Assembly: GCA_041491005.1 (NCBI GenBank)
Contig: JBGPUE010000010.1
Coordinates: 178 to 64,177, forward strand
Direction of reading: 5' to 3'
From: Candidatus Binataceae bacterium
GTDB lineage: Bacteria > Desulfobacterota > Binatia > Binatales > Binataceae
DNA length: 64,000 nucleotides
Position 1 is the stretch's first letter, and the number at the start of each line of letters is the position of its first letter. Below, one piece after another: positions 53,359-62,900 of the stretch. Position numbers and translations under genes: made by a program. The notes under the pieces are model-generated. The model did no database searches. It saw nothing but the letters and a program-made list of their open reading frames with translations, and had not been told where the DNA came from.

Positions 53359-54540
53359 ATGGCCGACCCTGAGACGTTCCGCGAAGAGACCTTGGCTTGG
53401 CTCGAGGCCAACTGCCCACCGGAGATGCGCCGCCCTGCGCAGGGCGAGAAAGACACCTGTTGGGGCGGACGGCGCTGGGTCTTCCAATCCGATGCCCAGC
53501 GGATCTGGCTCGAACTGATGGCTGAAAAAGGCTGGACCGTACCGGAGTGGCCGCGCGAATACGGCGGCGGTGGATTGTCGCGCGACGAAGCCAAGATCCT
53601 CCACCAGCAGATGCGCGCACTGGATTGTCGCTCGCCGCTGGACAGCTTTGGCATCTGGATGCTGGGGCCGGCGCTGCTGAAATACGGCTCCGAGGCGCAG
53701 AAGCGTGAATACCTGCCCAAAATCGCGCGCGGCGAAATCCGCTGGTGCCAGGGCTACTCCGAACCCGGTGCGGGCTCCGACCTCGCCTCGCTCCAAACCA
53801 AGGCGGAGCTCAAGGGCGATCACTTCGTGATCAACGGCCAGAAGATCTGGACCTCATACGCCGACCAGGCGGATTGGATCTTCTGCCTCGTTCGCACTGA
53901 CCCCAAGGCGCCGAAGCACGAAGGTATCAGTTTCGTCCTCTTCGACATGGAGAGTCCCGGCGTCTCTACGGCGCCGATCACTTTGATCTCCGGCAATTCG
54001 CCCTTTTGTCAGACTTTCTTCGAGGATGTGGTGGTGCCGCGGGAAAACCTCGTTGGCGAGATCAATAAGGGATGGGGGATCGCCAAGTATCTGCTCACCC
54101 ATGAGCGGGAGATGATCAGCGGCGTGGGTAATTCGACGGGCAGCCGTCCGCTGGGCCAGATCGCCGCCGACACGCTGGGAACCGAGAACGGCCTGCTGGC
54201 CGACACGGTGCTGCGCGGCCAGATGGCATTGTTCGAGGTCGATGCCCTCGCGTTTCGCCTGACGGGCGAGCGAATCGGGGATATGGCAAAAGTCGGCCAG
54301 GCGCACCCGGCGCTGTCTTCCCTGCTTAAATACTACGGCGCTGAGCTCAACAAACGCCGGTTCGAGTTGATAATGGCCGCTGGCGGCTCGGACGCGCTGG
54401 AATGGGAAGGGCAGCGGTCCCGCGACGGCGACTTGGCCCGCGCATGGTTGCGCACGAAGGCCAACTCGATCGAAGGCGGAACCAGCGAGGTTCAGCTCAA
54501 CATCATCGCCAAGCGCATACTCGGTCTGCCGGGAGCGTAG
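53359..54540 (+). CDS. Acyl-CoA dehydrogenase (catalytic-Glu-containing partner)
   Basis: ATG at 53359 after AGGAG. It has GYSEPGAGSDLASL, and the C-terminal ANSIEGGTSEVQLNIIAKRILG keeps the Glu at the MCAD-type YEG position. Confidence 0.9.
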   Translation: MADPETFREETLAWLEANCPPEMRRPAQGEKDTCWGGRRWVFQSDAQRIWLELMAEKGWTVPEWPREYGGGGLSRDEAKILHQQMRALDCRSPLDSFGIWMLGPALLKYGSEAQKREYLPKIARGEIRWCQGYSEPGAGSDLASLQTKAELKGDHFVINGQKIWTSYADQADWIFCLVRTDPKAPKHEGISFVLFDMESPGVSTAPITLISGNSPFCQTFFEDVVVPRENLVGEINKGWGIAKYLLTHEREMISGVGNSTGSRPLGQIAADTLGTENGLLADTVLRGQMALFEVDALAFRLTGERIGDMAKVGQAHPALSSLLKYYGAELNKRRFELIMAAGGSDALEWEGQRSRDGDLARAWLRTKANSIEGGTSEVQLNIIAKRILGLPGA

Positions 54541-54594
54541 CTCGCAAGATGCTCACGGGCCGCAATTGTAGCCAGATCGTTCGGAACTGCTGAC

Positions 54595-55734
54595 ATGCCG
54601 CTGGTCCTCACCGAAGAACAGGCCATGCTTCGCGACAGCGCGCGGGGCTTCTTGCGCAAGAATGCGCCGATCGCACATCTGCGCCAGCTCCGCGACAGCC
54701 GTGACCCGGCGGGTTTCTCGCGTCCGCTTTGGAAGGACTTCGCGCAACAAGGCTGGGCGGGCATCCTCGTCCCCGAGGCGTTAGGCGGTCTGGGCTTGGG
54801 CTATGTCGAAGCCGGTATCGTGATGGAGGAATTGGGACGGACGCTGACGCCCTCTCCTTTTCTGGCGACGGCGGTGCTCACCGCCACCGCTATCGCGCGC
54901 GCCGGTAGCAATGCCCAAAAGAATGAGTATCTCGCGCGCATCGCCGGGGGCGATTTGATCGCGAGCTTGGCGGTCGATGAGACCACCAAACACCGACCCG
55001 AGAAAACCGCGTTGACCGCGACTCGATCGGGAAACGGTTTCGTTCTCAATGGCGCCAAGACTTTCGTGCTGCATGGTCATGTGGCCGACATTCTGCTCGT
55101 GGTCGCCCGAACCGCCGGCACGCCGGGCGAAACTCGAGGTCTCACGCTCTTCGCGGTGGATGCGAAGACGAAGGGACTCCATCCTGAGCGCACATTGATG
55201 GTCGACAGCCACGACGCTGCGCGGGTGGCCTTCGACAAGGTGGAGGTCGGCCGCGATGCCGTTTTGTGCGAGGTCGACGCAGGCTGGGGCGTGCTCGAAG
55301 GCGTGCTGAACGCCGGACGGGCCGCAGTCGCTGCGGAACTCGTGGGAGCGAGCGAGGAAGCCTTCAGTCGGACCGTCAGCTACCTCAAGGAACGCAAGCA
55401 ATTCGGCCGGCCGATCGGCGAGTTCCAAGCCCTCCAGCATCGTGCCGCCAACATCTATATCGAACTGGAACTCACGCGCTCGGCTGTGCTGAAAGCCCTG
55501 CAGACGCTCGACGAGTCTTTCGACAGCGCTGGCACGATTTGCTCCGCAGCAAAGGCGAGGGCTGGCATCAGCGCTACGCTCGCTGTGCAGGAGGCCGTCC
55601 AGATGCACGGCGGAATCGGTATGACCGACGAATTCGACGTCGGATTGTTCATGAGACGCGCCCGCGTCGCCCAGGAGTTATTCGGCGACTCGAACTTTCA
55701 CGCGGACCGGCTGGCGCGGCTGAACCACTACTGA
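54595..55734 (+). CDS. Acyl-CoA dehydrogenase family protein (possible non-catalytic partner)
   Basis: 379-aa ORF with MPLVLTEEQAMLRDSARGFL, FQALQHRAA and VQMHGGIGMTDEF. In my hand alignment the C-terminal AQELFGDSNFH has Phe where the catalytic Glu normally sits. Confidence 0.85.
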   Translation: MPLVLTEEQAMLRDSARGFLRKNAPIAHLRQLRDSRDPAGFSRPLWKDFAQQGWAGILVPEALGGLGLGYVEAGIVMEELGRTLTPSPFLATAVLTATAIARAGSNAQKNEYLARIAGGDLIASLAVDETTKHRPEKTALTATRSGNGFVLNGAKTFVLHGHVADILLVVARTAGTPGETRGLTLFAVDAKTKGLHPERTLMVDSHDAARVAFDKVEVGRDAVLCEVDAGWGVLEGVLNAGRAAVAAELVGASEEAFSRTVSYLKERKQFGRPIGEFQALQHRAANIYIELELTRSAVLKALQTLDESFDSAGTICSAAKARAGISATLAVQEAVQMHGGIGMTDEFDVGLFMRRARVAQELFGDSNFHADRLARLNHY

Positions 55735-55830
55735 TCGCGAAGGCAGCTCAACCCTGCTCCAAGCGGCGAGCGCTTTGAGCGGCACTCAGAGCGCCTAGCC
55801 TCACGGATAACTAGTATCCATGCGCGCCAC

Positions 55831-57162
55831 TCATTCGATTCCATAGCGTCTGCGTTTGCGCCAGAGCGTGGTGGCGTTGATTCCGAGCGTTGCGGCGGCC
55901 TCATCAAGTGTCGCGCTCTCGGCCAGCACTCGCGCGATATGTTCTCGTTCGACGTCTTCGAGACTCGCGGCAGGCGAGGTGGTGCCCGGCGCCTGCGGTA
56001 TATCGCGGAAGATCGAATCGGGCAGATCGTCGGGCCCGATGGTATCGCTGCGGCTTAGCACCGCGGCGCGCTCAAGAGCGTTACGCAACTCGCGCACGTT
56101 TCCCGGCCATTGATAGCGGGCCAGGGCCGCGCCGGCCTGCGGCGCGAGCCGGAGCTGCGGACGGTGGTTGCGAATCGCCGCCGCACGCAGCATCCACTCC
56201 GCCAGCGCCGGGATGTCCTCGCGGCGCTCGCACAGCGGCGGCACGCGGAGCGTAATCACGTTGAGCCGGTAGAACAGATCTTCGCGGAAGCGGCGCGCCT
56301 TGACCTCGTCTTCCAGATCGCGATTGGACGCGGCGATGATTCGCGCGTCGACCCGGATCGTGCGTTCTCCGCCCACGCGTTCGAAGCTCTGTTCCTGGAC
56401 GAAGCGTAGAAATTTGGTCTGCAGTGCGGCCGAGAGGTCGGCGATCTCGTCGAGAAATACCGTGCCGCCGTCGGCCGCCTCCAGGCGGCCGGGCTTGTCC
56501 TTGATGGCGCCGGTGAATGAACCGCGCATATGGCCGAAGAGCTCGCTTTCGAGCAGCTGCTCCGAGAGCGTCGTGCAGTTGACCACGACGAACGGGCGCT
56601 CGCATCGCGGACTCCATCTGTGAATCTGGCGGGCGAGGACGTTCTTGCCGGTGCCGCTCTCGCCGCTGAGCAGGATCGTCGCCTCGCTGCGCGCAGCCTG
56701 CCGCGCGGTTTCCAGCATGCGAACCATTGCGGCGCTGCGCGATTCCAGCATCGGCATCTCGTCGATAGTCTCGCGTAGCACCTGGTTCTCCGCCTGCAGG
56801 CTGTGCATCTGCAGCGCGCGATCGACCACATGGCGTATCTGGTCGAGCGAGAAAGGCTTGGCAATATAGTCGGAGGCGCCGGCCTTCATCGCGGCCACTG
56901 CGTTCTCGACGGTCGCGTAAGCCGTCATCAGGATCACCGGCGTGTAGGGATGCAGCCGCTTCGCCTCGTTGAGCAGCTCGAGTCCGTTCATCTCCGCCAT
57001 CCGGAAGTCGGTCAAAACCAGATCCAGCGGTCCTGCGGCGAGCGTCTGTATCGCCGCGACGCCGCTGGCGGCTTCGCGCACCTCGTGTCCGAGCGACTGG
57101 AAGAACGCCGCGAGGCTGCGGCGAATGTTCTTCTCGTCGTCGACGATGAGCAGTCGCGCCAT
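55831..57162 (-). CDS. Sigma-54-dependent response regulator (NtrC family)
   Basis: Met at 57162 (MARLLIVDDEKNIRR). It has a receiver domain (LVLTDFRMAEMNG), an AAA+ sigma-54 interaction domain (GESGTGKN, GSFTGA variant of GAFTGA) and a C-terminal HTH (ATLGINATTLWRKRRRYGI). An ATGA overlap joins it to the kinase stop. The listed 551-aa ORF has a spurious 108-codon extension. Confidence 0.9.
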   Translation of the reverse strand: MARLLIVDDEKNIRRSLAAFFQSLGHEVREAASGVAAIQTLAAGPLDLVLTDFRMAEMNGLELLNEAKRLHPYTPVILMTAYATVENAVAAMKAGASDYIAKPFSLDQIRHVVDRALQMHSLQAENQVLRETIDEMPMLESRSAAMVRMLETARQAARSEATILLSGESGTGKNVLARQIHRWSPRCERPFVVVNCTTLSEQLLESELFGHMRGSFTGAIKDKPGRLEAADGGTVFLDEIADLSAALQTKFLRFVQEQSFERVGGERTIRVDARIIAASNRDLEDEVKARRFREDLFYRLNVITLRVPPLCERREDIPALAEWMLRAAAIRNHRPQLRLAPQAGAALARYQWPGNVRELRNALERAAVLSRSDTIGPDDLPDSIFRDIPQAPGTTSPAASLEDVEREHIARVLAESATLDEAAATLGINATTLWRKRRRYGIE

Positions 57163-58949
57163 CAGGCCTCCGTCATCGCCGGCAATTCGACTACGAAGCG
57201 GCTGCCGCGATCGCCGTTGCTTTCGACGAAGATCCGGCCGCCGTGTGCCTCGACGATGTCCCTTACGATTGCGAGTCCCAGTCCTGCCGAACCGGCTCCA
57301 CCGCCGTTGGCGGCGTATTGAGCGAAGCGCTCGAAGATGTAGTCGCGAATCTCCGGCGCAATCCCGGGCCCCGAGTCCGCGACTTCGAGTATCACCGTAT
57401 GATTGCGCGGCCGCGCAACGATCTCGATTTTTCCGCCGCTGGGCGTATAGCGCAGCGCATTGCCGATCAGATTGGAGACCATCCACGACAGCTTCACAGG
57501 ATCTCCGTTGAGCTGCGGCACAGGCTCGATGCGCCGCTCAAGCACGACTTGCTTCTCGCGCGCCTGCAGGGCGAAGCGTTCGCTCACCTCCTCCGCGAGG
57601 CGGCCGATGTCGAGCGGCCGGCGCTGCACCGCGATCGCGGCTGCTTCGCCGCGGGCGAGGCTCAGCAGGTTGTCGCTAAGCTGCTTCATCCGCGCGCATT
57701 CCTCAAGGATAGCGCCCAACAACGCCCGCTGTCTTGGCTCCAGGCCCTCATGCTCGCGGCCGAGCAGCTCGGCAGAAAGCGCGAGCGAGGTGAGCGGCGT
57801 GCGGAGCTCATGCGAGAGCGTCGCGACCAGGTTCGTGCGTGCGCGATCCTGATCGCGCAGGTAGGTAACATCCTGCATGATGAGCAGCGTACCCAGCGCG
57901 CCGCCCTCGGGATGGCGCAGCGGCACCGGCTTCAGCACGTAAGAGTGTTCGCGGCCGCGCACGTGGAGTTCCACCTCGATGCGCTGGGCGCCGGAAGCGG
58001 ACTTGCGCGACGTCCTGAGCGCGTCCCGGATGCGCAGGTAGTGCGGATGGTTGCTGCTCAGATCATCGAAGATGCTGCCGAGCGCGTCGGCCGCATCGAT
58101 GCCCAGAATGATCGCCGCGATCTCGTTGATGTGTGCGACGACACCTCCCGAGTCAATCAGCACGACGCCGTCCTCGAGGCTCTCGATGATCGCCTCGGTC
58201 TTGCTCTTCTCATAGACCAGCCGCTCGACGTTGAGCTTCTCATACTGTTCCAGCCGCTCGGCCATCTCGTTGAACTCGCGCGCCACGATATCGAGTTCGG
58301 TGAGTCGCTGCGGGCCGAGCCGCAAATGCGTGTCGCGGCGGCTGATTCCGCGCAGCCGCTCGGCAAGTTCCGTCAGCGGCCTCGACAGTGTCCACGACAG
58401 CCCCCACGACAGTGCCACGCCGGTGAAAATGAGCACCAGCAATCCGGCTGCGAACTCGTAGGTCAGGCGCATGCCAAGCCGCATCGCGCGGCTATCGGCA
58501 CGGAACATCGCCGCCCGGTTCATCTGGATCAGATCGTCGAGCAACCCATGAAGCCGGTCATACCCTGCGTCGCGCTCCGCCTGGGGCTGCCCAGCGGCGA
58601 TCTCGCGAAATAACTCGAGAGCATTCGACTCGACGCTGTGTGCCAGCTCCGGCTCACCCACTTCCGTATGGATATGATTCTCGACGTCAATCCAGTGCAT
58701 AAAGGCAGCGCTCGAGGAGGGCAGCGCCGCGCGCCCTTGGCCCGCACGATCGGCAAGTTGCAACCGCCTGAGCTCTGAGTGCATGTGCTGAGCGGCGTCG
58801 ATGCTGACGTAGTTGCGGTACAGTGTCTCGCGAATCGCACCGCCGAGCCGGTACAAGTGCGGCAGGGCGTATCCGCCAAGAATCAAAACCACCGCCAGCA
58901 TCAGCAACGTACCGTTGCGAATCCGGCCGCGGAGCGATGGCGTCTTCAT
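57162..58949 (-). CDS. Sensor histidine kinase (TM-sensor-TM, HAMP, PAS, HisKA, HATPase)
   Basis: Met at 58949 (MKTPSLRGRIRNGTLLMLAVVLILGGY), with a second TM LLVLIFTGVALSWGLSW followed by a HAMP-like segment. H-box LSHELRTPLTSL; ATPase boxes GNALRYT, DSGPGI and GLGLAIV. An ATGA overlap joins it to the kdpD-N stop. Confidence 0.9.
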   Translation of the reverse strand: MKTPSLRGRIRNGTLLMLAVVLILGGYALPHLYRLGGAIRETLYRNYVSIDAAQHMHSELRRLQLADRAGQGRAALPSSSAAFMHWIDVENHIHTEVGEPELAHSVESNALELFREIAAGQPQAERDAGYDRLHGLLDDLIQMNRAAMFRADSRAMRLGMRLTYEFAAGLLVLIFTGVALSWGLSWTLSRPLTELAERLRGISRRDTHLRLGPQRLTELDIVAREFNEMAERLEQYEKLNVERLVYEKSKTEAIIESLEDGVVLIDSGGVVAHINEIAAIILGIDAADALGSIFDDLSSNHPHYLRIRDALRTSRKSASGAQRIEVELHVRGREHSYVLKPVPLRHPEGGALGTLLIMQDVTYLRDQDRARTNLVATLSHELRTPLTSLALSAELLGREHEGLEPRQRALLGAILEECARMKQLSDNLLSLARGEAAAIAVQRRPLDIGRLAEEVSERFALQAREKQVVLERRIEPVPQLNGDPVKLSWMVSNLIGNALRYTPSGGKIEIVARPRNHTVILEVADSGPGIAPEIRDYIFERFAQYAANGGGAGSAGLGLAIVRDIVEAHGGRIFVESNGDRGSRFVVELPAMTEA

Positions 58950-60163
58950 CGCGCGTTCTCCTGCTCGGAGTCGCCCACAATCTCGACGTCGACACCACGC
59001 GCCTGCGCGAGTATGCGCATGGTCACATCGAGGTGAAGCCACCGCCGCCAGATCGGCTGATGAGTACGCCCGAGGATGATTTTCGTGATGCCCTTTTCGC
59101 GGGCAAAGTCAAGCATCGTCCTGACGATGTCATCGCCCTTGAGCCAGACTGATTCCGCGCCCAGATCGCCAGCCAGGTTGATGTTGTCGAGCAGCGCCAC
59201 GAAGTCGCTGGTGCGCACCTTGTGCACCGATTCGGACGGCGTTTCCACGTGGATGGCATACCACTCGGCGTTGAGCCGCCCCGCGATACGCGAGGCCTTG
59301 CGCAACAGCTTGTCACCGTCGGCCGGATTGGAGGAGAGCCCGACCATGATCCGCTCGGTGATTTGGAGCCGGCGGCCGCCTTCGCGCTTGAGCGCTTCCT
59401 GCCCTTCGCGCTGGCGGCTGAGCCCGCGCGCAACCTCACGAAGAGCCATCTCGCGCAACGAGGCAAGATTGCTCGGCTTGAAGAAGTTTCGCAGCGCCTG
59501 CTCGATCTGCGCGGCAGGATAGATCTTGCCTTCTCGCAGCCGCTCACGGAGCGCCTCGACCGTCACGTCGACGTTTACGACCTGATCCGCACGCGCAAGG
59601 AAGGCGTCGGGCACGGTCTCGCGCACCTCGATACCCGTCACCCGTTTCATCAGCGGGTTGAGGCTCTCGACGTGCTGGATGTTCATCGCCGAGATGACGT
59701 TGATGCCTGCGGCAACCAGATCCTCGACGTCCTGGTAGCGCTTTTCGTGTTTGGAGCCGGGTACGTTGGTATGCGCCAGCTCGTCGACGATCGCGACCTC
59801 CGGTTTGCGCGCGAGGATGGCGTCGACATCCATCTCCTGCAACGTCACGCCCCGGTGCGCAATCGTGCGGCGCGGGACGACCTCCAATCCCGCGATTTTC
59901 TCGGCAGTTTCGGCGCGCCCATGAGTCTCGACCACCCCGATTACAGCGTCGACGCCTTTGGCGCGCAGCTGATGCGCCTCTTCGAGCATCTCGTACGTCT
60001 TGCCGACACCCGCTGCAGCGCCGACGTAGATCTTGAGGCGGCCCTTGAACGCCTGCGGAACGAGATCGAGAAACGACTCGGGCTCGGGGCGCACATCGTC
60101 AGGGGGCCGGGCAGAGCCACGGTCCGCTTCACCCTTCGGCGACTGCGTCATTCGCCAAGTCAT
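58946..60163 (-). CDS. kdpD: Stand-alone KdpD N-terminal sensor domain + Usp-like domain (no transmitter)
   Basis: 405-aa ORF with LKIYVGAAAGVGKTYEMLEEAHQLRAKGVDAVIGVVETHGRAET (KdpD N-domain with Walker A), then a Usp-like region (ERIMVGLSSNPADGDKLLRKASRIAGRLNAEWYAIHVE). The ORF ends before any membrane, GAF or kinase domain. Confidence 0.85.
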   Translation of the reverse strand: MTWRMTQSPKGEADRGSARPPDDVRPEPESFLDLVPQAFKGRLKIYVGAAAGVGKTYEMLEEAHQLRAKGVDAVIGVVETHGRAETAEKIAGLEVVPRRTIAHRGVTLQEMDVDAILARKPEVAIVDELAHTNVPGSKHEKRYQDVEDLVAAGINVISAMNIQHVESLNPLMKRVTGIEVRETVPDAFLARADQVVNVDVTVEALRERLREGKIYPAAQIEQALRNFFKPSNLASLREMALREVARGLSRQREGQEALKREGGRRLQITERIMVGLSSNPADGDKLLRKASRIAGRLNAEWYAIHVETPSESVHKVRTSDFVALLDNINLAGDLGAESVWLKGDDIVRTMLDFAREKGITKIILGRTHQPIWRRWLHLDVTMRILAQARGVDVEIVGDSEQENAR

Positions 60164-60238
60164 TTGCGCGGCTGCCCTGTCGATCCGGTCTCGGCAGGGA
60201 TCCCTTCCTATTATCCATCTAAGGTCAGCTCGATAGTA

Positions 60239-60844
60239 TCATCTCTCGTTGCGAACTTGCCGAGTGCGGTCCGGGGACAATGCGTCGAGGGCGAGGTTCA
60301 GGCGCAAAACATTCACCCCGGGCTCGCCGAAGATTTCGGCCCATCGCCGACTTGTATTCACCCTGACTAGCCGGCGTACCGCGTCTTCGGCCAAGCCTCT
60401 GGTCTTTGCGACGCGGGCGACCTGGATATCCGCGGCGGCCGGGCTGATCTCGGGATCCAATCCACTACCCGACGCAGTGACCAGATCGATCGGTACCTGT
60501 GCCGGCCGCACGCCCTCGGTTTCGACCACCGCCTTGAGCCGCGTCTGGACGGCGTCGATCAGCGTCTTGCTGGTTGGGCCGAGGTTCGAGCCGCCCGAAC
60601 TCAATCCATCGTAGCCCTTCGCCCCAGCCGTTGAGGGCCGCCCGTGAAAGTTGCGCGCACTTGAGAAGTTCTGTCCGATAAGTGACGACCCGACCAGCTT
60701 GCCGTTCACATATACGAGGCTGCCATTGGCCTGTAGCGGGAAGAGCAACTGGGCCACCGCCCAGACTGCCAGCGGGTAGATGACGCCCGTTAGCAACGTC
60801 ATCACCACGGTAAGCCGGGTTGCGATCCACAGTGAACGCATCAT
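60239..60844 (-). CDS. kdpC: Potassium-transporting ATPase subunit C
   Basis: 201-aa ORF with an N-terminal TM, FHGRPS and SGGSNLGPTS...SGSGLDPEISPAAA, typical of KdpC. Confidence 0.9.
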   Translation of the reverse strand: MMRSLWIATRLTVVMTLLTGVIYPLAVWAVAQLLFPLQANGSLVYVNGKLVGSSLIGQNFSSARNFHGRPSTAGAKGYDGLSSGGSNLGPTSKTLIDAVQTRLKAVVETEGVRPAQVPIDLVTASGSGLDPEISPAAADIQVARVAKTRGLAEDAVRRLVRVNTSRRWAEIFGEPGVNVLRLNLALDALSPDRTRQVRNER

Positions 60845-60851
60845 CTGTACC

Positions 60852-62894
60852 TCAGGCCAGATGCAGAGCAGTAATCATCAGATCGATCGCCTTGATCCCG
60901 ATGAACGGAACTACCACTCCGCCGAATCCATAAATGAAGAGATTGCGCGTGAAGATCGCGGCAGCGCCCAATGGCCGATACCGCACGCCGCGCAGCGCAA
61001 GCGGGATTAGCGCGATGATAATCAGGGCATTGAAGATGACTGCAGAGAGGATCGCGCTTTGGGGCGTCGCGAGACGCATCACGTTGAGCGCCTGGAGCTC
61101 GGGATAGCCAACCACGAACATGGCCGGGATGATCGCGAAATACTTGGCGACATCGTTGGCGATCGAGAACGTGGTCAATGCGCCACGCGTCATCAGCAAC
61201 TGCTTGCCGATCTCGACCACCTCCATGATCTTGGTCGGATTCGAATCGAGATCGACCATGTTGCCGGCCTCGCGCGCGGCCTGAGTGCCGGCGTTCATTG
61301 CGATACCCACGTCGGCCTGCGCCAGCGCCGGCGCATCGTTGGTGCCGTCGCCGATCATCGCGACCAGCTTGCCTTGCGCCTGTTCCTCGCGGATCAATCT
61401 GAGCTTGGCTTCAGGAGTGGCCTCGGCCAGAAAGCCGCCGACTCCCGACTCGCGAGCGATTGCCGCCGCGGTTAGAGCGTTATCGCCGGTGATCATCACC
61501 GTTCGCATGCCCATCGCATGCAGCCGCTCGAAGCGTTCGCGGATGCCCTCCTTGATGACGTCCTTCAGATGGATGACGCCGAGCGCGCGCGGCCCATCGG
61601 CCACCACCAGCGGCGTGCCACCATCGCGCGCGATTCGCTCGACAGCCGCGGCGAGATCGGCTGGCACGGTACCACCCTGCTCGCGCACGAACGCGATGAC
61701 CTGATCGGCGGCGCCTTTGCGGATGCTGCGGTTTGCGATATTGACGCCGCTCATCCGCGTCTGAGCAGAGAATGGGATGAACTCGACACCGTCCTCGGAC
61801 AGTGGACGGCCGCGGAGATTGAAATCACGCTTGGCGAGCACCATGATCGACCGCCCCTCCGGTGTCTCATCAGCGAGCGAGGCGAACTGTGCGGCCTCTG
61901 CCAGCGCGGCGATCTCGACGCCCTCGACCGGAACGAACTCGTACGCCATCCGATTGCCCAGCGTGATCGTACCGGTCTTATCCAGCAACAGCGTATCGAC
62001 GTCACCCGCCGCCTCGACCGCCCGCCCGGACATCGCGAGCACGTTGTGCTGCACCAGCCGGTCCATGCCGGCAATTCCGATCGCGGACAGCAACCCGCCA
62101 ATGGTGGTCGGAATAAGACAGACCAGCAACGACACCAGCACTGGCAGCGAAAGAGCTACGCTTGCGTACCGTGCGAACGGATAGAGTGAGACAATCACCA
62201 GCATAAAGATGATAGTCAGTCCGGCAAGAAGGATTTCGAGTGCGATTTCGTTGGGTGTCTTCTGACGCCGTGCGCCTTCGACCAGGGCGATCATCCTGTC
62301 CAGGAAGGTTTCACCCGGGTTGGCAGTGATGCGGACCTTAATCCAGTCCGAGATCACGGTCGTGCCGCCGGTGACCGCACTGCGATCGCCGCCGCTCTCA
62401 CGAATCACGGGCGCCGATTCGCCGGTGATCGCGGCCTCGTTGACCGCGGCGACGCCTTCGATCACTTCGCCGTCGCCCGGGATCACCTCGCCTGCCTCGA
62501 CCAGTACTACGTCGCCACGCCTGAGCGAGGTCGCAGAGACCAATGTGGTCGCGCTGGTTTCGGTCACGAGTTTGGCCTGGGTCTCGATGCGGGTCTTGCG
62601 CAGATTGTCGGCCTGCGCCTTGCCGCGGCCCTCGGCCATCGCTTCTGCGAAATTGGCGAACAGCACTGTGAACCAAAGCCATAGCGTGATTTGCAGTTCG
62701 AAGACCGCCAGCGCGTGGCGTCCGGCTGCGAAATCGCGGATCAGGATCATCGCGGTCATGAGGCTGGTGACTTCGACCACGAACATCACCGGATTGCGAA
62801 TCATCAGGCGCGGATCGAGTTTGTACAACGCATCCAGGGCCGCACGCGTAACGATCGCGCGATCCCATACAGCAATCTGCTTTTTCGATGCCAT
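60852..62894 (-). CDS. kdpB: Potassium-transporting P-type ATPase subunit B
   Basis: 680-aa ORF with [18 protein letters not shown] and [16 protein letters not shown]. Confidence 0.95.
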   Translation of the reverse strand: MASKKQIAVWDRAIVTRAALDALYKLDPRLMIRNPVMFVVEVTSLMTAMILIRDFAAGRHALAVFELQITLWLWFTVLFANFAEAMAEGRGKAQADNLRKTRIETQAKLVTETSATTLVSATSLRRGDVVLVEAGEVIPGDGEVIEGVAAVNEAAITGESAPVIRESGGDRSAVTGGTTVISDWIKVRITANPGETFLDRMIALVEGARRQKTPNEIALEILLAGLTIIFMLVIVSLYPFARYASVALSLPVLVSLLVCLIPTTIGGLLSAIGIAGMDRLVQHNVLAMSGRAVEAAGDVDTLLLDKTGTITLGNRMAYEFVPVEGVEIAALAEAAQFASLADETPEGRSIMVLAKRDFNLRGRPLSEDGVEFIPFSAQTRMSGVNIANRSIRKGAADQVIAFVREQGGTVPADLAAAVERIARDGGTPLVVADGPRALGVIHLKDVIKEGIRERFERLHAMGMRTVMITGDNALTAAAIARESGVGGFLAEATPEAKLRLIREEQAQGKLVAMIGDGTNDAPALAQADVGIAMNAGTQAAREAGNMVDLDSNPTKIMEVVEIGKQLLMTRGALTTFSIANDVAKYFAIIPAMFVVGYPELQALNVMRLATPQSAILSAVIFNALIIIALIPLALRGVRYRPLGAAAIFTRNLFIYGFGGVVVPFIGIKAIDLMITALHLA

Positions 62895-62900
62895 GACTTC

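Noticed and set aside
57163-57486. A 108-codon N-terminal extension of the response regulator ORF (listed start 57486).
   Set aside because: The extension overlaps the kinase gene and is Arg-rich nonsense. The receiver domain begins at MARLLIVDDE, with an ATGA overlap to the kinase stop.
57243-60370. Plus-strand ORFs 57243-58613 (456 aa) and 59222-60370 (382 aa) opposite the histidine kinase and kdpD-N.
   Set aside because: They are antisense shadows of well-supported genes, with no motifs.
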